Origin: a virus
Lineage: Duplodnaviria > Heunggongvirae > Uroviricota > Caudoviricetes
Length of the DNA stretch: 37,744 nt
IMG/VR virus record: IMGVR_UViG_2541047956_000006
Direction: 5' to 3' (one strand)
Shown here piece by piece: positions 1 to 9,069 of the stretch (its first letter is position 1; the number at the start of each line of letters is the position of its first letter). The translations under genes and the position numbers were made by a program. The notes below the pieces were generated by a model, which was given only the letters and a program-made list of their open reading frames with translations, made no database searches and was not told the DNA's origin.

Positions 1-33
1 CGCACCAAACAGCAACGTCAGATGTTGTGCCAG
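1..33 (-). other. Host flank; continuation of the host membrane-protein ORF interrupted by the prophage
   Basis: Joining 1..33 to 37217..37744 (prophage and one TSD copy removed) gives a continuous minus-strand frame ...[18 protein letters not shown]. Confidence 0.6.
29..33. repeat. Target-site duplication, left copy (GCCAG)
   Basis: GCCAG immediately precedes the prophage left end TGTATTGATTCACTTG at 34; identical pentamer follows the right end. Confidence 0.85.
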
Positions 34-210
34 TGTATTGATTCACTTGAAGTACGAAAAAAACCGGGAGGACATTGGATTATTCGGGATTTGGCGGGAT
101 TAGATTTAGTGGGGCTTGCAAGCCAGTAGGACAGATTTTAGCCGTTACATCTTGAAACGCGAAAGATTGTTGGAAACAGCTTTTGATTCATTAAAGACAC
201 GAAAAGCAAT
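34..210 (+). promoter_or_regulatory. Left end (attL) with MuA end-binding repeats L1-L3
   Basis: Repeated CGAAA(A) motifs at 54..60, 158..165 and 197..207, matching the Mu end-repeat consensus as I recall it. Confidence 0.7.
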
Positions 211-372
211 TACTTCACGCATCATTTCAAGTACAGCTTCAAAAATGCTTCAAAAGCGGTAACAACCAGGCTTTCAGCAAGTGATGTGTGTCAAAAACAA
301 TCATCACTGTTTGGGTATCTTACATATGTAATTACCTGGAGTGAAGTTTATGTCTTAGCTATTACCTGGTTG

Positions 373-897
373 TTATACAGCTTTCTTTACATCGTTTTCT
401 CTTACAGGGAAATTATGTTCTTTGCCTTCATACTGAGACAAAATCTCTCTTACTTTTTCCGGTGGTAATGCTTGAAGAGTTTGCAGGGTTTTCTGTTGCT
501 CCACAGTAATCCCTAATGCCTCTAATGCCTTATCTTTACTGACAATTGTAGGCATAAGTCCTTTAATCCCTGCTACACGAATGATCTCCACAGCTGCGGC
601 CTGCTCATCTGGTGTTAAAAAGCTCATTGCATAAATTAGCCTCTCATCAACTGTATGGGCGATTGATGTATGCACTGGTTTATCAGAAAGTGAGGCACCT
701 TTAATGGCCCTGCGTGTTTCTTCTGGCAGACTGTTGATGTGATACTCATAAGCGACACCTTTCCCACCGTGACGCTGACGTTTTACCCAATCTTCCGCCA
801 CAGCTTTCCTGGTAATGTTAGTCGCCAACTTTGGTACACCAGGCATCCCTTCCAGCTCTTTCGCATTAAACCATTCTTTGATTTCAAAAGACATCAT
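373..897 (-). CDS. c: Repressor c (Mu/D108 family)
   Basis: 174 aa, minus strand at the left end, divergent from ner/A; N-terminus ([25 protein letters not shown]) is visibly homologous to the N-terminus of the transposase at 1312. Confidence 0.9.
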   Translation of the reverse strand: MMSFEIKEWFNAKELEGMPGVPKLATNITRKAVAEDWVKRQRHGGKGVAYEYHINSLPEETRRAIKGASLSDKPVHTSIAHTVDERLIYAMSFLTPDEQAAAVEIIRVAGIKGLMPTIVSKDKALEALGITVEQQKTLQTLQALPPEKVREILSQYEGKEHNFPVRENDVKKAV

Positions 898-1082
898 TTA
901 AAATCCTAGTGATTTCAATAGAGACAAAATAAATTCATATAAAAATCATGCCGTTATATGAAATCATGGTAAATCCTCTCAAATCCCTATTGATTTGAGA
1001 GTGATTCCACACTACATTGCACGATATGCCGTGAGCTACTTTATAGCGTAGCTCACGGGGGAATCTGAAAGGATTACATGAA
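898..1082. promoter_or_regulatory. Early operator/promoter region between c and ner; contains an 11-bp inverted repeat, candidate Ner operator
   Basis: Divergent intergenic region; perfect inverted repeat CCGTGAGCTAC (1029..1039) / GTAGCTCACGG (1048..1058) with 8-bp spacer, 25 bp upstream of ner. Confidence 0.6.
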
Positions 1083-1304
1083 ATGCATATGAATAAAAGA
1101 ACTAACCGCCAAGATTGGCACAGAGCTGACATCGTTGCAGAGCTACGAAAACGCAATATGTCACTAGCTGAATTGGGAAGATCTAATCATCTTTCGTCTT
1201 CAACATTGAAAAATGCTTTGGATAAGAGATATCCGAAAGCGGAGAAAATCATTGCAGATGCACTGGGAATGACACCGCAAGATATTTGGCCGTCTCGATA
1301 CTAG
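1083..1304 (+). CDS. ner: Ner, early transcription regulator (not the Mu-proper sequence; D108-like)
   Basis: 73 aa; contains the DWHRADI ... IWPSRY motifs of Ner proteins; position immediately upstream of A. Start may be 1083 or 1089. Confidence 0.9.
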   Translation: MHMNKRTNRQDWHRADIVAELRKRNMSLAELGRSNHLSSSTLKNALDKRYPKAEKIIADALGMTPQDIWPSRY

Positions 1305-1311
1305 GTGCGCT

Positions 1312-3300
1312 ATGAAAGAATGGTATACAGCAAAAGAGTTGCTCGGTTTGGCAGGTTTACCAAAGCAAGCCACTAACATTACACGTAAGGCACAAAGAGA
1401 AGGCTGGGAGTTCAGGCAGGTTGCAGGGACTAAAGGTGTATCATTTGAATTCAATATCAAATCATTCCCTGTCGCATTACGTGCTGAAATTCTGTTGCAA
1501 CAAGGGAGAATTGAAACAAGTCAGGGGTATTTTGAAATCGCCCGCCCCACGCTGGAAGCCCATGATTATGATCGTGAGGCACTGTGGAGCAAATGGGATA
1601 ACGCCAGCGATTCCCAGCGCAGACTTGCTGAAAAATGGTTGCCTGCGGTTCAGGCTGCAGACGAAATGCTGAACCAGGGGATTTCAACAAAAACGGCTTT
1701 TGCGACCGTTGCAGGGCATTACCAGGTCAGCGCATCCACTTTGCGGGACAAGTATTACCAGGTACAGAAGTTTGCGAAGCCTGACTGGGCGGCTGCGCTT
1801 GTTGATGGACGTGGTGCATCCCGTCGCAACGTTCACAAAAGTGAATTTGACGAGGATGCCTGGCAGTTTCTGATTGCAGATTATCTGCGACCGGAAAAGC
1901 CCGCCTTCCGCAAATGTTATGAGCGTCTGGAACTGGCAGCCCGCGAGCATGGCTGGAGTATTCCCTCCCGTGCCACGGCCTTTCGCCGGATTCAGCAACT
2001 GGACGAGGCAATGGTTGTTGCCTGTCGTGAAGGTGAACATGCACTGATGCATCTGATACCGGCACAGCAGCGAACTGTGGAACACCTGGACGCCATGCAG
2101 TGGATCAACGGCGACGGTTATCTGCATAACGTCTTTGTACGCTGGTTTAACGGTGATGTGATCCGCCCGAAAACATGGTTCTGGCAGGATGTGAAAACCC
2201 GAAAAATTCTGGGCTGGCGCTGCGATGTAAGCGAGAACATCGACTCAATTCGCCTCTCGTTTATGGATGTGGTGACACGCTACGGCATCCCGGAGGATTT
2301 TCACATCACCATTGATAACACCCGTGGTGCAGCGAATAAATGGCTGACGGGGGGCGCGCCCAATCGTTACCGCTTTAAGGTAAAAGAGGACGATCCAAAG
2401 GGACTGTTTTTACTGATGGGCGCGAAAATGCACTGGACAAGCGTTGTTGCCGGTAAAGGCTGGGGCCAGGCAAAACCTGTTGAACGTGCTTTCGGTGTTG
2501 GTGGGCTTGAGGAATACGTTGATAAGCATCCGGCACTGGCTGGCGCATATACGGGGCCAAATCCGCAGGCAAAACCTGATAACTATGGCGACCGCGCTGT
2601 TGATGCAGAGCTGTTTCTGAAAACCCTTGCCGAAGGTGTGGCGATGTTCAATGCCAGAACAGGCCGTGAAACAGAAATGTGCGGAGGCAAACTTTCGTTT
2701 GATGACGTTTTTGAGCGTGAATACGCCAGAACGATTGTGCGTAAGCCTACCGAAGAGCAAAAACGGATGCTGTTACTGCCTGCCGAGGCGGTGAACGTTT
2801 CACGTAAAGGCGAGTTCGCGCTTAAAGTTGGCGGCTCCCTTAAAGGTGCGAAAAACGTTTATTACAACATGGCGTTAATGAATGCCGGAGTGAAAAAAGT
2901 TGTGGTCAGATTTGATCCACAGCAGTTACACAGCACGGTTTATTGCTACACCCTGGACGGTCGGTTTATCTGTGAAGCGGAATGTCTGGCACCTGTTGCG
3001 TTTAATGATGCTGCGGCAGGCCGTGAATATCGCCGCCGCCAGAAACAACTGAAATCTGCGACGAAAGCAGCGATTAAGGCACAAAAACAAATGGATGCAC
3101 TGGAAGTGGCAGAGCTGCTGCCGCAGATAGCCGAACCTGAAGCACCAGAATCACGAATTGTCGGCATTTTCCGGCCTTCCGGTAATACGGAACGGGTGAA
3201 GAATCAGGAGCGTGATGATGAATACGAAACTGAGCGTGATGAATATCTGAATCATTCGCTGGATATTCTGGAACAGAACAGACGTAAAAAAGCCATTTAA
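1312..3300 (+). CDS. A: DDE transposase MuA
   Basis: 662 aa; from about residue 75 to the C-terminus (…[16 protein letters not shown]) matches Mu A as I recall it; N-terminal ~70 aa differ. Confidence 0.97.
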   Translation: MKEWYTAKELLGLAGLPKQATNITRKAQREGWEFRQVAGTKGVSFEFNIKSFPVALRAEILLQQGRIETSQGYFEIARPTLEAHDYDREALWSKWDNASDSQRRLAEKWLPAVQAADEMLNQGISTKTAFATVAGHYQVSASTLRDKYYQVQKFAKPDWAAALVDGRGASRRNVHKSEFDEDAWQFLIADYLRPEKPAFRKCYERLELAAREHGWSIPSRATAFRRIQQLDEAMVVACREGEHALMHLIPAQQRTVEHLDAMQWINGDGYLHNVFVRWFNGDVIRPKTWFWQDVKTRKILGWRCDVSENIDSIRLSFMDVVTRYGIPEDFHITIDNTRGAANKWLTGGAPNRYRFKVKEDDPKGLFLLMGAKMHWTSVVAGKGWGQAKPVERAFGVGGLEEYVDKHPALAGAYTGPNPQAKPDNYGDRAVDAELFLKTLAEGVAMFNARTGRETEMCGGKLSFDDVFEREYARTIVRKPTEEQKRMLLLPAEAVNVSRKGEFALKVGGSLKGAKNVYYNMALMNAGVKKVVVRFDPQQLHSTVYCYTLDGRFICEAECLAPVAFNDAAAGREYRRRQKQLKSATKAAIKAQKQMDALEVAELLPQIAEPEAPESRIVGIFRPSGNTERVKNQERDDEYETERDEYLNHSLDILEQNRRKKAI

Positions 3301-3338
3301 TTAACGTTTAAACAAAATTTAATTACGAGGTTATTCAG

Positions 3339-4277
3339 ATGAATATTTCCGATATTCGCGCAGGACTGCGCACGCTTGTAGAAAATGAAGAAACCACCTT
3401 TAAACAAATTGCTCTTGAGAGCGGACTTTCTACCGGAACTATCAGTAGTTTTATCAATGATAAGTACAACGGGGATAACGAGCGTGTTTCACAAATGCTG
3501 CAACGCTGGCTGGAAAAATATCATGCAGTTGCAGAATTACCTGAACCGCCCCGCTTTGTGGAAACGCAGACGGTAAAACAAATCTGGACAAGTATGCGTT
3601 TTGCCAGCCTGACTGAAAGTATTGCTGTTGTATGTGGCAATCCTGGTGTGGGCAAAACCGAAGCGGCCCGTGAATATCGCCGCACCAATAACAATGTCTG
3701 GATGATCACCATTACGCCATCCTGTGCCAGCGTTCTGGAATGTCTTACTGAACTGGCGTTTGAGCTGGGAATGAATGACGCACCACGCCGTAAAGGGCCG
3801 CTCTCTCGCGCCCTGCGACGTCGCCTTGAAGGTACACAGGGGCTGGTTATCATCGACGAAGCTGATCATCTTGGTGCCGAAGTTCTGGAAGAACTCCGCC
3901 TGTTACAGGAATCAACCCGTATTGGCCTTGTACTGATGGGAAATCACCGGGTTTATTCAAATATGACGGGGGGTAACAGAACGGTTGAATTTGCCCGTCT
4001 GTTTTCCCGTATTGCAAAGCGCACTGCAATTAATAAAACCAAAAAAGCCGATGTAAAAGCTATTGCGGATGCCTGGCAGATTAACGGCGAAAATGAACTG
4101 GAGTTATTACAGCAGATTGCGCAGAAACCAGGTGCGCTTCGCATTCTGAATCATTCACTTCGCCTTGCCGCCATGACGGCTCACGGTAAAGGTGAGCGTG
4201 TTAACGAAGATTATCTGCGTCAGGCTTTCCGTGAATTAGACCTGGACGTTGATATTTCAACGCTGCTGCGTAATTAA
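3339..4277 (+). CDS. B: MuB ATP-dependent target DNA activator
   Basis: 312 aa; Walker A GNPGVGKT, Walker B VIIDEADHL; position directly after A. Confidence 0.95.
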   Translation: MNISDIRAGLRTLVENEETTFKQIALESGLSTGTISSFINDKYNGDNERVSQMLQRWLEKYHAVAELPEPPRFVETQTVKQIWTSMRFASLTESIAVVCGNPGVGKTEAAREYRRTNNNVWMITITPSCASVLECLTELAFELGMNDAPRRKGPLSRALRRRLEGTQGLVIIDEADHLGAEVLEELRLLQESTRIGLVLMGNHRVYSNMTGGNRTVEFARLFSRIAKRTAINKTKKADVKAIADAWQINGENELELLQQIAQKPGALRILNHSLRLAAMTAHGKGERVNEDYLRQAFRELDLDVDISTLLRN

Positions 4278-4292
4278 GAAGGAGAAGAAATT

Positions 4293-4520
4293 ATGATGGC
4301 CCGAAATATAAAAATGGCAACGGATGCGCAGAACTGGTTACAGGCGCGCGGGAGTCATGTAAATGAATCATATCTCGGCGTGGCGCGTCCGATTCTTGAA
4401 ATCACTTACCCACCGGTGGAACTGGTAAAAAACGCGGTCAGAATTATGGAGCATAAGTCCGGGGTGGCCCGTTCTGTATGGACGGCCCGTCTTAATGGTT
4501 GCCAGATTATCTGGAGATAA
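4293..4520 (+). CDS. kil: Kil (host killing/cell-division inhibition protein)
   Basis: 75 aa ORF immediately after B with RBS GAAGGAGAAG upstream; matches Mu Kil position and size. Confidence 0.8.
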
Positions 4521-4522
4521 CG

Positions 4523-4753
4523 ATGTGTATTAAAGCTGAAAAATATATTGAATGGGTTAAACACTGTCAGTGCCACGGGGTGCCGCTGACGACATATAAA
4601 TGCCCCGGATGCGGTGAACAGATTATGACGCAATGCTCACACGAAAAGGAAATTCGGGATTCCCTGACATGTTGTCCGTGGTGCAGCGCAGTTTTCTTTA
4701 AGCAGGTAAAAGGCGCGAAGGTAAAAGCCAGCGCAGTTATTCAGAATCAATAA
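4523..4753 (+). CDS. Cys-rich small early protein, zinc-ribbon-like
   Basis: 76 aa from ATG 4523 (RBS GGAGATAACG); CQC, CPGC and CCPWC motifs. Track ORF starts at 4499 but that overlaps kil. Confidence 0.6.
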   Translation: MCIKAEKYIEWVKHCQCHGVPLTTYKCPGCGEQIMTQCSHEKEIRDSLTCCPWCSAVFFKQVKGAKVKASAVIQNQ

Positions 4754-4764
4754 GGAGAAATAAA

Positions 4765-5028
4765 ATGGCAAAGGTAATTATTGAAATTAAAAATACAGTA
4801 TCTGGAATTAAAGGACGGAATTTGCGCACCAGCATTGCGGTGGACGGTAGTGCGGAACTGGACGGTGATGAGGGGACACTTGCTGGCATGGTGGCGTTAC
4901 TGGTGCTTAATAAAAGCCAGAAAATAATTAATGAGTCAGCCCATGAAGCTATTGAGATTTTGAAAAACGATGGTGTCATCACAGGTGGCAGTGTCACTGA
5001 AATGGCTGTTGAAAAAACATGTCACTGA
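4765..5028 (+). CDS. Hypothetical early protein
   Basis: 87 aa ORF with RBS AAGGAGAAATAAA upstream; tightly packed in early operon. Confidence 0.6.
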   Translation: MAKVIIEIKNTVSGIKGRNLRTSIAVDGSAELDGDEGTLAGMVALLVLNKSQKIINESAHEAIEILKNDGVITGGSVTEMAVEKTCH

Positions 5029-5462
5029 AAGGAACGCTGACAATGAACGTCAAAATCCGAAATGAAATTCAGGCATTAATCCGAATTCAGGAACGCAATA
5101 ACAACGGTGGTGAATTACGCGAGTTTATTTGCACCCGGAAAGTTGATGATTGTGGTGAAAAGACGTACCTGATCGCTTTCGACCATTACAGCATCTGTGC
5201 GCGTTATTGCGGCGAAAGCATATCCCGCGCCATTGCATTTGGCGGTGCGTTCAACGTGGATTTATGGGAGTACGTCATGGACCGGGAATACATCTGCGCA
5301 TCAGACCCTGAAGCCCGTGAAATGTGGCAGCGTATCTGGCGCGATTACCGGTTAATGGCAAAAGGCTGGGCGCGCTGCTGTTATTCCTCACTTGCCCTGA
5401 AAGCGGTTCAGTTATCGCTGCGGCATATTCCGGCATCACTGCGCGAGCCTCTGCTGTACTGA
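5019..5462 (+). CDS. Hypothetical early protein (start 5019 or 5043)
   Basis: 147 aa ORF; alternative ATG at 5043 has a better-spaced AGGA. Confidence 0.6.
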   Translation: MSLKGTLTMNVKIRNEIQALIRIQERNNNGGELREFICTRKVDDCGEKTYLIAFDHYSICARYCGESISRAIAFGGAFNVDLWEYVMDREYICASDPEAREMWQRIWRDYRLMAKGWARCCYSSLALKAVQLSLRHIPASLREPLLY

Positions 5463-5762
5463 ATGGTGGCTGACATGAAGTGTAATCGTAAGCGCTGGTC
5501 ACGCGAAGACCGGGAATTTATCGAAGCCAACGTCGGGAAAATGACCGTTGAAGAAATGGCGGAAAAACTGAAAGTCGCCACAACCGCCCTCCGGGCACAT
5601 GCCAGAAGGCACGGAATATCATTGTGTGTATACCGAATCAGTGAACACGACAAATATTTATGTCGTGAACTTTATAAAGAAGGACTGGATATTCATGTCA
5701 TTGCCCGAAAGATGGAATTAAGCAATCGAGCTGTATCCAGCATTGTATACAGCGGATATTAA
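5463..5762 (+). CDS. Small early protein with helix-turn-helix-like segment
   Basis: 99 aa; KRWSREDREFIEANVGKMTVEEMAEKLKV resembles a Myb/sigma-region-4 type HTH. Start 5463 or 5475. Confidence 0.6.
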   Translation: MVADMKCNRKRWSREDREFIEANVGKMTVEEMAEKLKVATTALRAHARRHGISLCVYRISEHDKYLCRELYKEGLDIHVIARKMELSNRAVSSIVYSGY

Positions 5763-5781
5763 TTAACAGGAGCTTTAATTT

Positions 5782-6306
5782 ATGGCTAAACCAGCAAAAC
5801 GTATCAAAAGTGCCGCAGCGGCTTATGTGCCACAAAACCGCGATGCGGTGATTACTGATATTAAACGCATCGGGGATTTACAGCGCGAAGCATCACGTCT
5901 GGAAACGGAAATGAATGATGCCATCGCGGAAATTACGGAGAAATTTGCGGCCCGGATTGCACCGATTAAAACCGATATTGAAACCCTTTCAAAAGGCGTT
6001 CAGGGATGGTGTGAAGCGAACCGCGACGAACTGACGAACGGCGGCAAAGTGAAAACGGCAAATCTTGTCACCGGTGATGTATCGTGGCGGGTCCGTCCAC
6101 CATCAGTAAGTATTCGTGGTATGGATGCAGTGATGGAAACGCTGGAGCGTCTTGGCCTGCAACGCTTTATTCGCACGAAGCAGGAAATCAACAAGGAAGC
6201 GATTTTACTGGAACCGAAAGCGGTCGCAGGTGTTGCCGGAATTACGGTTAAATCGGGAATTGAAGATTTTTCCATTATTCCATTTGAACAGGAAGCCGGT
6301 ATTTAA
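5782..6306 (+). CDS. gam: Gam, host-nuclease inhibitor / DNA-end binding protein
   Basis: 174 aa; sequence (MAKPAKRIKSAAAAYVPQNRDAV...) matches Mu Gam as I recall it. Confidence 0.93.
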   Translation: MAKPAKRIKSAAAAYVPQNRDAVITDIKRIGDLQREASRLETEMNDAIAEITEKFAARIAPIKTDIETLSKGVQGWCEANRDELTNGGKVKTANLVTGDVSWRVRPPSVSIRGMDAVMETLERLGLQRFIRTKQEINKEAILLEPKAVAGVAGITVKSGIEDFSIIPFEQEAGI

Positions 6307-6404
6307 TACCACCATTAATATTTAATTAATTCACATTCTTTTAATTATGGCGCGATGCGTCAGGGGATTGCTCGCGCCTGAAACAGATTACTGAGGAATA
6401 AAAC

Positions 6405-6935
6405 ATGGTTGATGCAAAAATTCTGAATGGTGTCAGCACATTATTACGGGCTTACGGACGCCTGACCTGCGGAGTTCTGGCTGAAAAAATGAAGATGCCT
6501 CCCTCATCAATGGTGTATTTCCTGCGTGATGCGGTTGATGCCGGCGTTCTCACCGAATGCAACGGATTTTATGACGTTCCGCGCCCGCGTCCGACGCCGC
6601 CTGTAAGACGAAACGCAACTGAGCAGCCTGCTGTTGATGATGCGGTGTGGTGCAACTGGCGTCGCTCATTACCCTGGGTGGAAGGTAATACCATCCCCGC
6701 GCTGGCAAAAGAGTTTGCGACGGGCGTGCTGACCTGTGAATCCGTTCACATCGTTGCAGAAGTGGACAACAGAATGTGCGAACAGGGAATGCCACGTTTT
6801 GTGATGGCTTATATCGATATCCGGCTGGGGCGGTTTATTTGCAGTTCAAGCGCCTGGAATATCACCGACCATGTACTGCGTTATCTCATTCTTGATTGTT
6901 CTCCGGCTCCCGTAGCGGTGCAGGAGGTGGCGTGA
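6405..6935 (+). CDS. Hypothetical early protein
   Basis: 176 aa ORF with RBS GAGGAATAAAAC; stop overlaps next start (ATGA at 6933..6937). Confidence 0.6.
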   Translation: MVDAKILNGVSTLLRAYGRLTCGVLAEKMKMPPSSMVYFLRDAVDAGVLTECNGFYDVPRPRPTPPVRRNATEQPAVDDAVWCNWRRSLPWVEGNTIPALAKEFATGVLTCESVHIVAEVDNRMCEQGMPRFVMAYIDIRLGRFICSSSAWNITDHVLRYLILDCSPAPVAVQEVA

Positions 6936-7465
6936 TGTTTTTTAAAACGTCAAATCCCGCAGCACTGCTGGCGTGGGACCAGTTTATGGCGGACTGTCTG
7001 AAACTACGCGAAGAAGCCCGCCATCTTGATAAGGTTCTGGGTTGTGGTTGCCGGTCAGTATTCAGCACAGGTATTGGTGGGCGTTATTTTCATGGTGTGA
7101 ACTTTCCGGGGAATGAGCGCCCTTTCTCGCGGGAGCTGTGGACCGTACAACGGCCCGCATCAGGTAACAGTTGCAGGCCAAGAACATCGCGCATTCCTGC
7201 ACATCTGCGGGAGCAGTCAAAAGAGCTGGCGAAAATATGGCAGGAGAATATTCCGGTCACTTATGCCCGTACTGACGCTCTCTTACCCGCACTGGGACTG
7301 GATTTCAGCGCAACAATATTCGGCCCGCTCCGGTGGTTCCGTGTTGGTGATGTGATTTACGTCATGACAGGGATGACTCCCGCACAGGGCCGCATGACTG
7401 AAATCCTTTCTGACGAATTTATCCGGGCGCAAAAACAGGCGGAGGTAAACAATGGAAAACAATGA
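6935..7465 (+). CDS. Hypothetical early protein
   Basis: 176 aa from ATG 6935, preceded by CAGGAGG; track ORF from 6896 overlaps the upstream gene. Confidence 0.6.
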   Translation: MFFKTSNPAALLAWDQFMADCLKLREEARHLDKVLGCGCRSVFSTGIGGRYFHGVNFPGNERPFSRELWTVQRPASGNSCRPRTSRIPAHLREQSKELAKIWQENIPVTYARTDALLPALGLDFSATIFGPLRWFRVGDVIYVMTGMTPAQGRMTEILSDEFIRAQKQAEVNNGKQ

Positions 7466-7634
7466 AACATCGTATTCGTGGCTGGGGAAATTTACCACGG
7501 TGAAACAGGAATGCCCGACCTGCGGTAATGAATCCCCTGAATATCTGAAAGAGTGCCCTCATTGTGGCGGGCAGAAATGTAACCACTGCGATATGGGCGA
7601 TGACACGGCGTGCATGAATTGTGAAGGTGAGTGA
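7452..7634 (+). CDS. Small zinc-finger-like protein (four CxxC pairs)
   Basis: 60 aa with CPTC, CPHC, CNHC, CMNC. Confidence 0.55.
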   Translation: MENNETSYSWLGKFTTVKQECPTCGNESPEYLKECPHCGGQKCNHCDMGDDTACMNCEGE

Positions 7635-7635
7635 C

Positions 7636-7944
7636 ATGAATAATGGTGTATTTTCAAAATCAGAAGAGCTTGCCGCCCTGCTGATTGCCGGTGGTTTGCC
7701 GAAAAAAGAAGTGCATGACTTTGTGAATTTTGTATATGAGCCGTCTCATGAAAAAGCTATTGATGAGGTCATGGCGTACCGGTTTGGCATTATTGCTGAG
7801 TCACTGAGTCCTCACTGGATTATTGAAAATCTCCGCGCTATTGCTGATGGCAACGATAAATCAGCAGCCGTTGCTGCACTGGATGTGTTACGGCAAATGA
7901 GTCTGAAATTTTATCCTGAATTTATTCTGAGGGCCGCAAAATGA
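7636..7944 (+). CDS. Hypothetical early protein
   Basis: 102 aa from ATG 7636 with RBS AAGGTGAG; track start 7621 is a GTG overlapping the previous gene. Confidence 0.6.
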   Translation: MNNGVFSKSEELAALLIAGGLPKKEVHDFVNFVYEPSHEKAIDEVMAYRFGIIAESLSPHWIIENLRAIADGNDKSAAVAALDVLRQMSLKFYPEFILRAAK

Positions 7945-8243
7945 ACAATGAAGATAAATTTACTCCCCTTAATATTGATAACGTCATGGCTGAAAAAGGG
8001 ATGCTGGAACGTGTTCGCGCTATCGTTGAATATGGTATTAAGCATAATCTCACCGCCAGAGAAGTCCGTGACATTATCAACCGCGAAATGAATCGTCTGG
8101 AAACAGTAGTGGCACTGCAAAATGAAACAGCCCGCGAGGAGTACATCCGCCGCAGGCTGGGGTTATCAGACCAGGATATTGTTACTGACGCTCATGTGTT
8201 TGAGGCTTTTGAGATCCGTCAGCATCTGGGTCTAACGAACTGA
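7941..8243 (+). CDS. Hypothetical early protein
   Basis: 100 aa; start overlaps previous stop (ATGA). Confidence 0.6.
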   Translation: MNNEDKFTPLNIDNVMAEKGMLERVRAIVEYGIKHNLTAREVRDIINREMNRLETVVALQNETAREEYIRRRLGLSDQDIVTDAHVFEAFEIRQHLGLTN

Positions 8244-8448
8244 TAATGTCTTCCATGATCTTTGACAGTTGCATGTTTTCGCGGCGGCTTGTTCTTATTG
8301 CAGGCGCATCTTTTAAAATCTCTGCTGAAGAGCTGAAAATGGCCTGGCCCTCTTCTGCGGTGATGATCGCCTTCTTCACCAGAAGGCGCACCAGTGCTGA
8401 TGCAATCGCATAACCTGCAACATCATAAGGTTGTACATTATTTTCCAT
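8182..8448 (-). CDS. Candidate antisense small protein (88 aa), unknown function
   Basis: Fills the largest plus-strand coding gap in the prophage (8244..8517); ATG at 8448 preceded by GAGAGGA with ~4-nt spacing; balanced, helix-like composition. Confidence 0.35.
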   Translation of the reverse strand: MENNVQPYDVAGYAIASALVRLLVKKAIITAEEGQAIFSSSAEILKDAPAIRTSRRENMQLSKIMEDIISSLDPDADGSQKPQTHERQ

Positions 8449-8517
8449 AAAATCCTCTCTGATTGATGTGTAAATTCAGGCGGTGTTGCAGCACCGCCTC
8501 TTTCCGGAGGTACGATC

Positions 8518-9069
8518 ATGAATCGCACATCCCTGATTAAATTAATCCATGTCGCCCGTCGGGAGCTACAACTCGACGACGACACTTACCGCGCTTTTCT
8601 GATGCAGAAAACGGGCAAAATCAGTTGCCGCGAGCTGACGGTTACGCAACTGGAACAGGTGCTCGATGCCATGAAAGAACGCGGCTTTAAGAAGCTGAAT
8701 AAACATCCACGTCGCCGCTTTAAGGGGCATGTCACGCCCCGCGAGAAGGTATACAAAGTCTGGCAGCAGATGGCAGAAGACGGTTTTATTACCGATGGCG
8801 GTGATGTGGCGCTGGATAAATATGTTCAGCGCCTGACGGCGAAACGTAATGGCGGACAGGGTGTTTCCACGCTGGCGTGGTGTCATGGCGACACCCTGTT
8901 GATTGTTCTCGAAACTCTCAAGCAGTGGCATATCCGCTGTATTCGTGAAGCCTTTTCCCGTCACGGGCTTCCGTTGCCAGTCAGTCCGTCCGGGCGTGAA
9001 CTGCGCGGCTATGATGCCATGACGGCGGCTTATGCCCGTGCCAGAAAGACACGGAGGATGGCACAATGA
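8518..9069 (+). CDS. gemA: GemA-like early protein
   Basis: 183 aa; RBS GGAGG 7 nt upstream; directly precedes mor with overlapping stop/start. Confidence 0.85.
   Translation: MNRTSLIKLIHVARRELQLDDDTYRAFLMQKTGKISCRELTVTQLEQVLDAMKERGFKKLNKHPRRRFKGHVTPREKVYKVWQQMAEDGFITDGGDVALDKYVQRLTAKRNGGQGVSTLAWCHGDTLLIVLETLKQWHIRCIREAFSRHGLPLPVSPSGRELRGYDAMTAAYARARKTRRMAQ

Noticed and set aside
898-1082. IHF-like motifs (AAATCATGCCGTTAT, AAATCATGGTAAAT) in the operator region
   Set aside because: Only partial matches to the IHF consensus; cannot be distinguished from chance without footprint data.
8246-8413. 55-aa plus-strand ORF in the gap before gemA
   Set aside because: No ribosome-binding site and Ser/Arg-rich low-complexity translation; the minus-strand ORF is the better candidate, though this remains unresolved.
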